Shown here: positions 63,657 to 64,000 of the stretch, piece by piece
Position numbering within the stretch: position 1 is the stretch's first letter
How the letters are laid out: each line of letters opens with the position of its first letter
Source: the human T2T-CHM13v2.0 reference genome, Homo sapiens
Assembly: GCF_009914755.1 (NCBI RefSeq)
Contig: NC_060931.1
Length of the DNA stretch: 64,000 bases
Reading direction: 5' to 3' (one strand)
The notes under the pieces: generated by a model
Seen by the model: only the letters and a program-made list of their open reading frames with translations
What the model was told of the DNA's origin: nothing
Database searches by the model: none
Made by a program: the position numbers and the translations under genes

Positions 63657-63807
63657 GCTCTGCGCTCTGCGGCTGACGGCGCTTTTGTCTCCGGTGAGTT
63701 TTGTGGCGGGAAGCTTCTGCGCTGGTGCTTAGTAACCGACTTTCCTCCGGACTCCTGCACGACCTGCTCCTACAGCCGGCGATCCACTCCCGGCTGTTCC
63801 CCCGGAG
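63657..63807 (+). other. HILPDA: HILPDA non-coding exon 1 (start approximate; CDS lies beyond the window)
   Basis: Starts ~25 nt after the TATA-like box; donors CCG|GTGAGT at 63694 and GAG|GTGAGC at 63808; no ATG in the exon. Confidence 0.72.
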
Positions 63808-64000
63808 GTGAGCGGCCCTGTGGGCTTCCCCGGCTCCCCACCCCCATCGCTAGAGTGCTCGCCGCGCTAGCAGCCTCGCGTTCCAGGGCTGGGGGTGCGC
63901 CGCCGGGATCCTCTCTGATCGCCCACGCCCCATCTGGGGTCCCCATTCAGCCGTCAGCCCTGTTTTGTCCTAAGGTGGTCCTAACTAGGATCCACGTGGC

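Overview
Human genomic DNA, recognised as the IMPDH1-HILPDA interval on chromosome 7q32. Positions ~30-17750 hold the complete IMPDH1 gene on the minus strand. Its 17 coding exons sum to 1800 nt (599 aa). An internal ATG gives the 514-aa enzyme, a 17-nt retinal microexon switches the C-terminus, there is one GC-AG intron, and there are two CpG-island promoters. The ~45 kb upstream is repeat-dense: more than 40 Alus, L1/L2/MIR fragments, a near full-length HSMAR2 mariner fossil, Tigger/hAT MITEs, and MaLR and ERV1-type solo LTRs. It also holds three retrocopies with visible target-site duplications: an RPL37 processed pseudogene, a tailless 5S rRNA fragment and a U7 snRNA copy. The window ends in the hypoxia-element-rich promoter and non-coding first exon of HILPDA on the plus strand. 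Almost all other ORFs in the supplied track are Alu or GC-rich artefacts. I found no clearly new biological system. The best leads are a promoter-specific overlapping uORF in IMPDH1, competing in-frame donors at the GC-AG hinge exon, a possible stop-free exon 6-10 circRNA, and an unexplained CpG-retaining ~90-bp segment near 53.8 kb. Repeat family names and boundaries are from eye and memory and are approximate.
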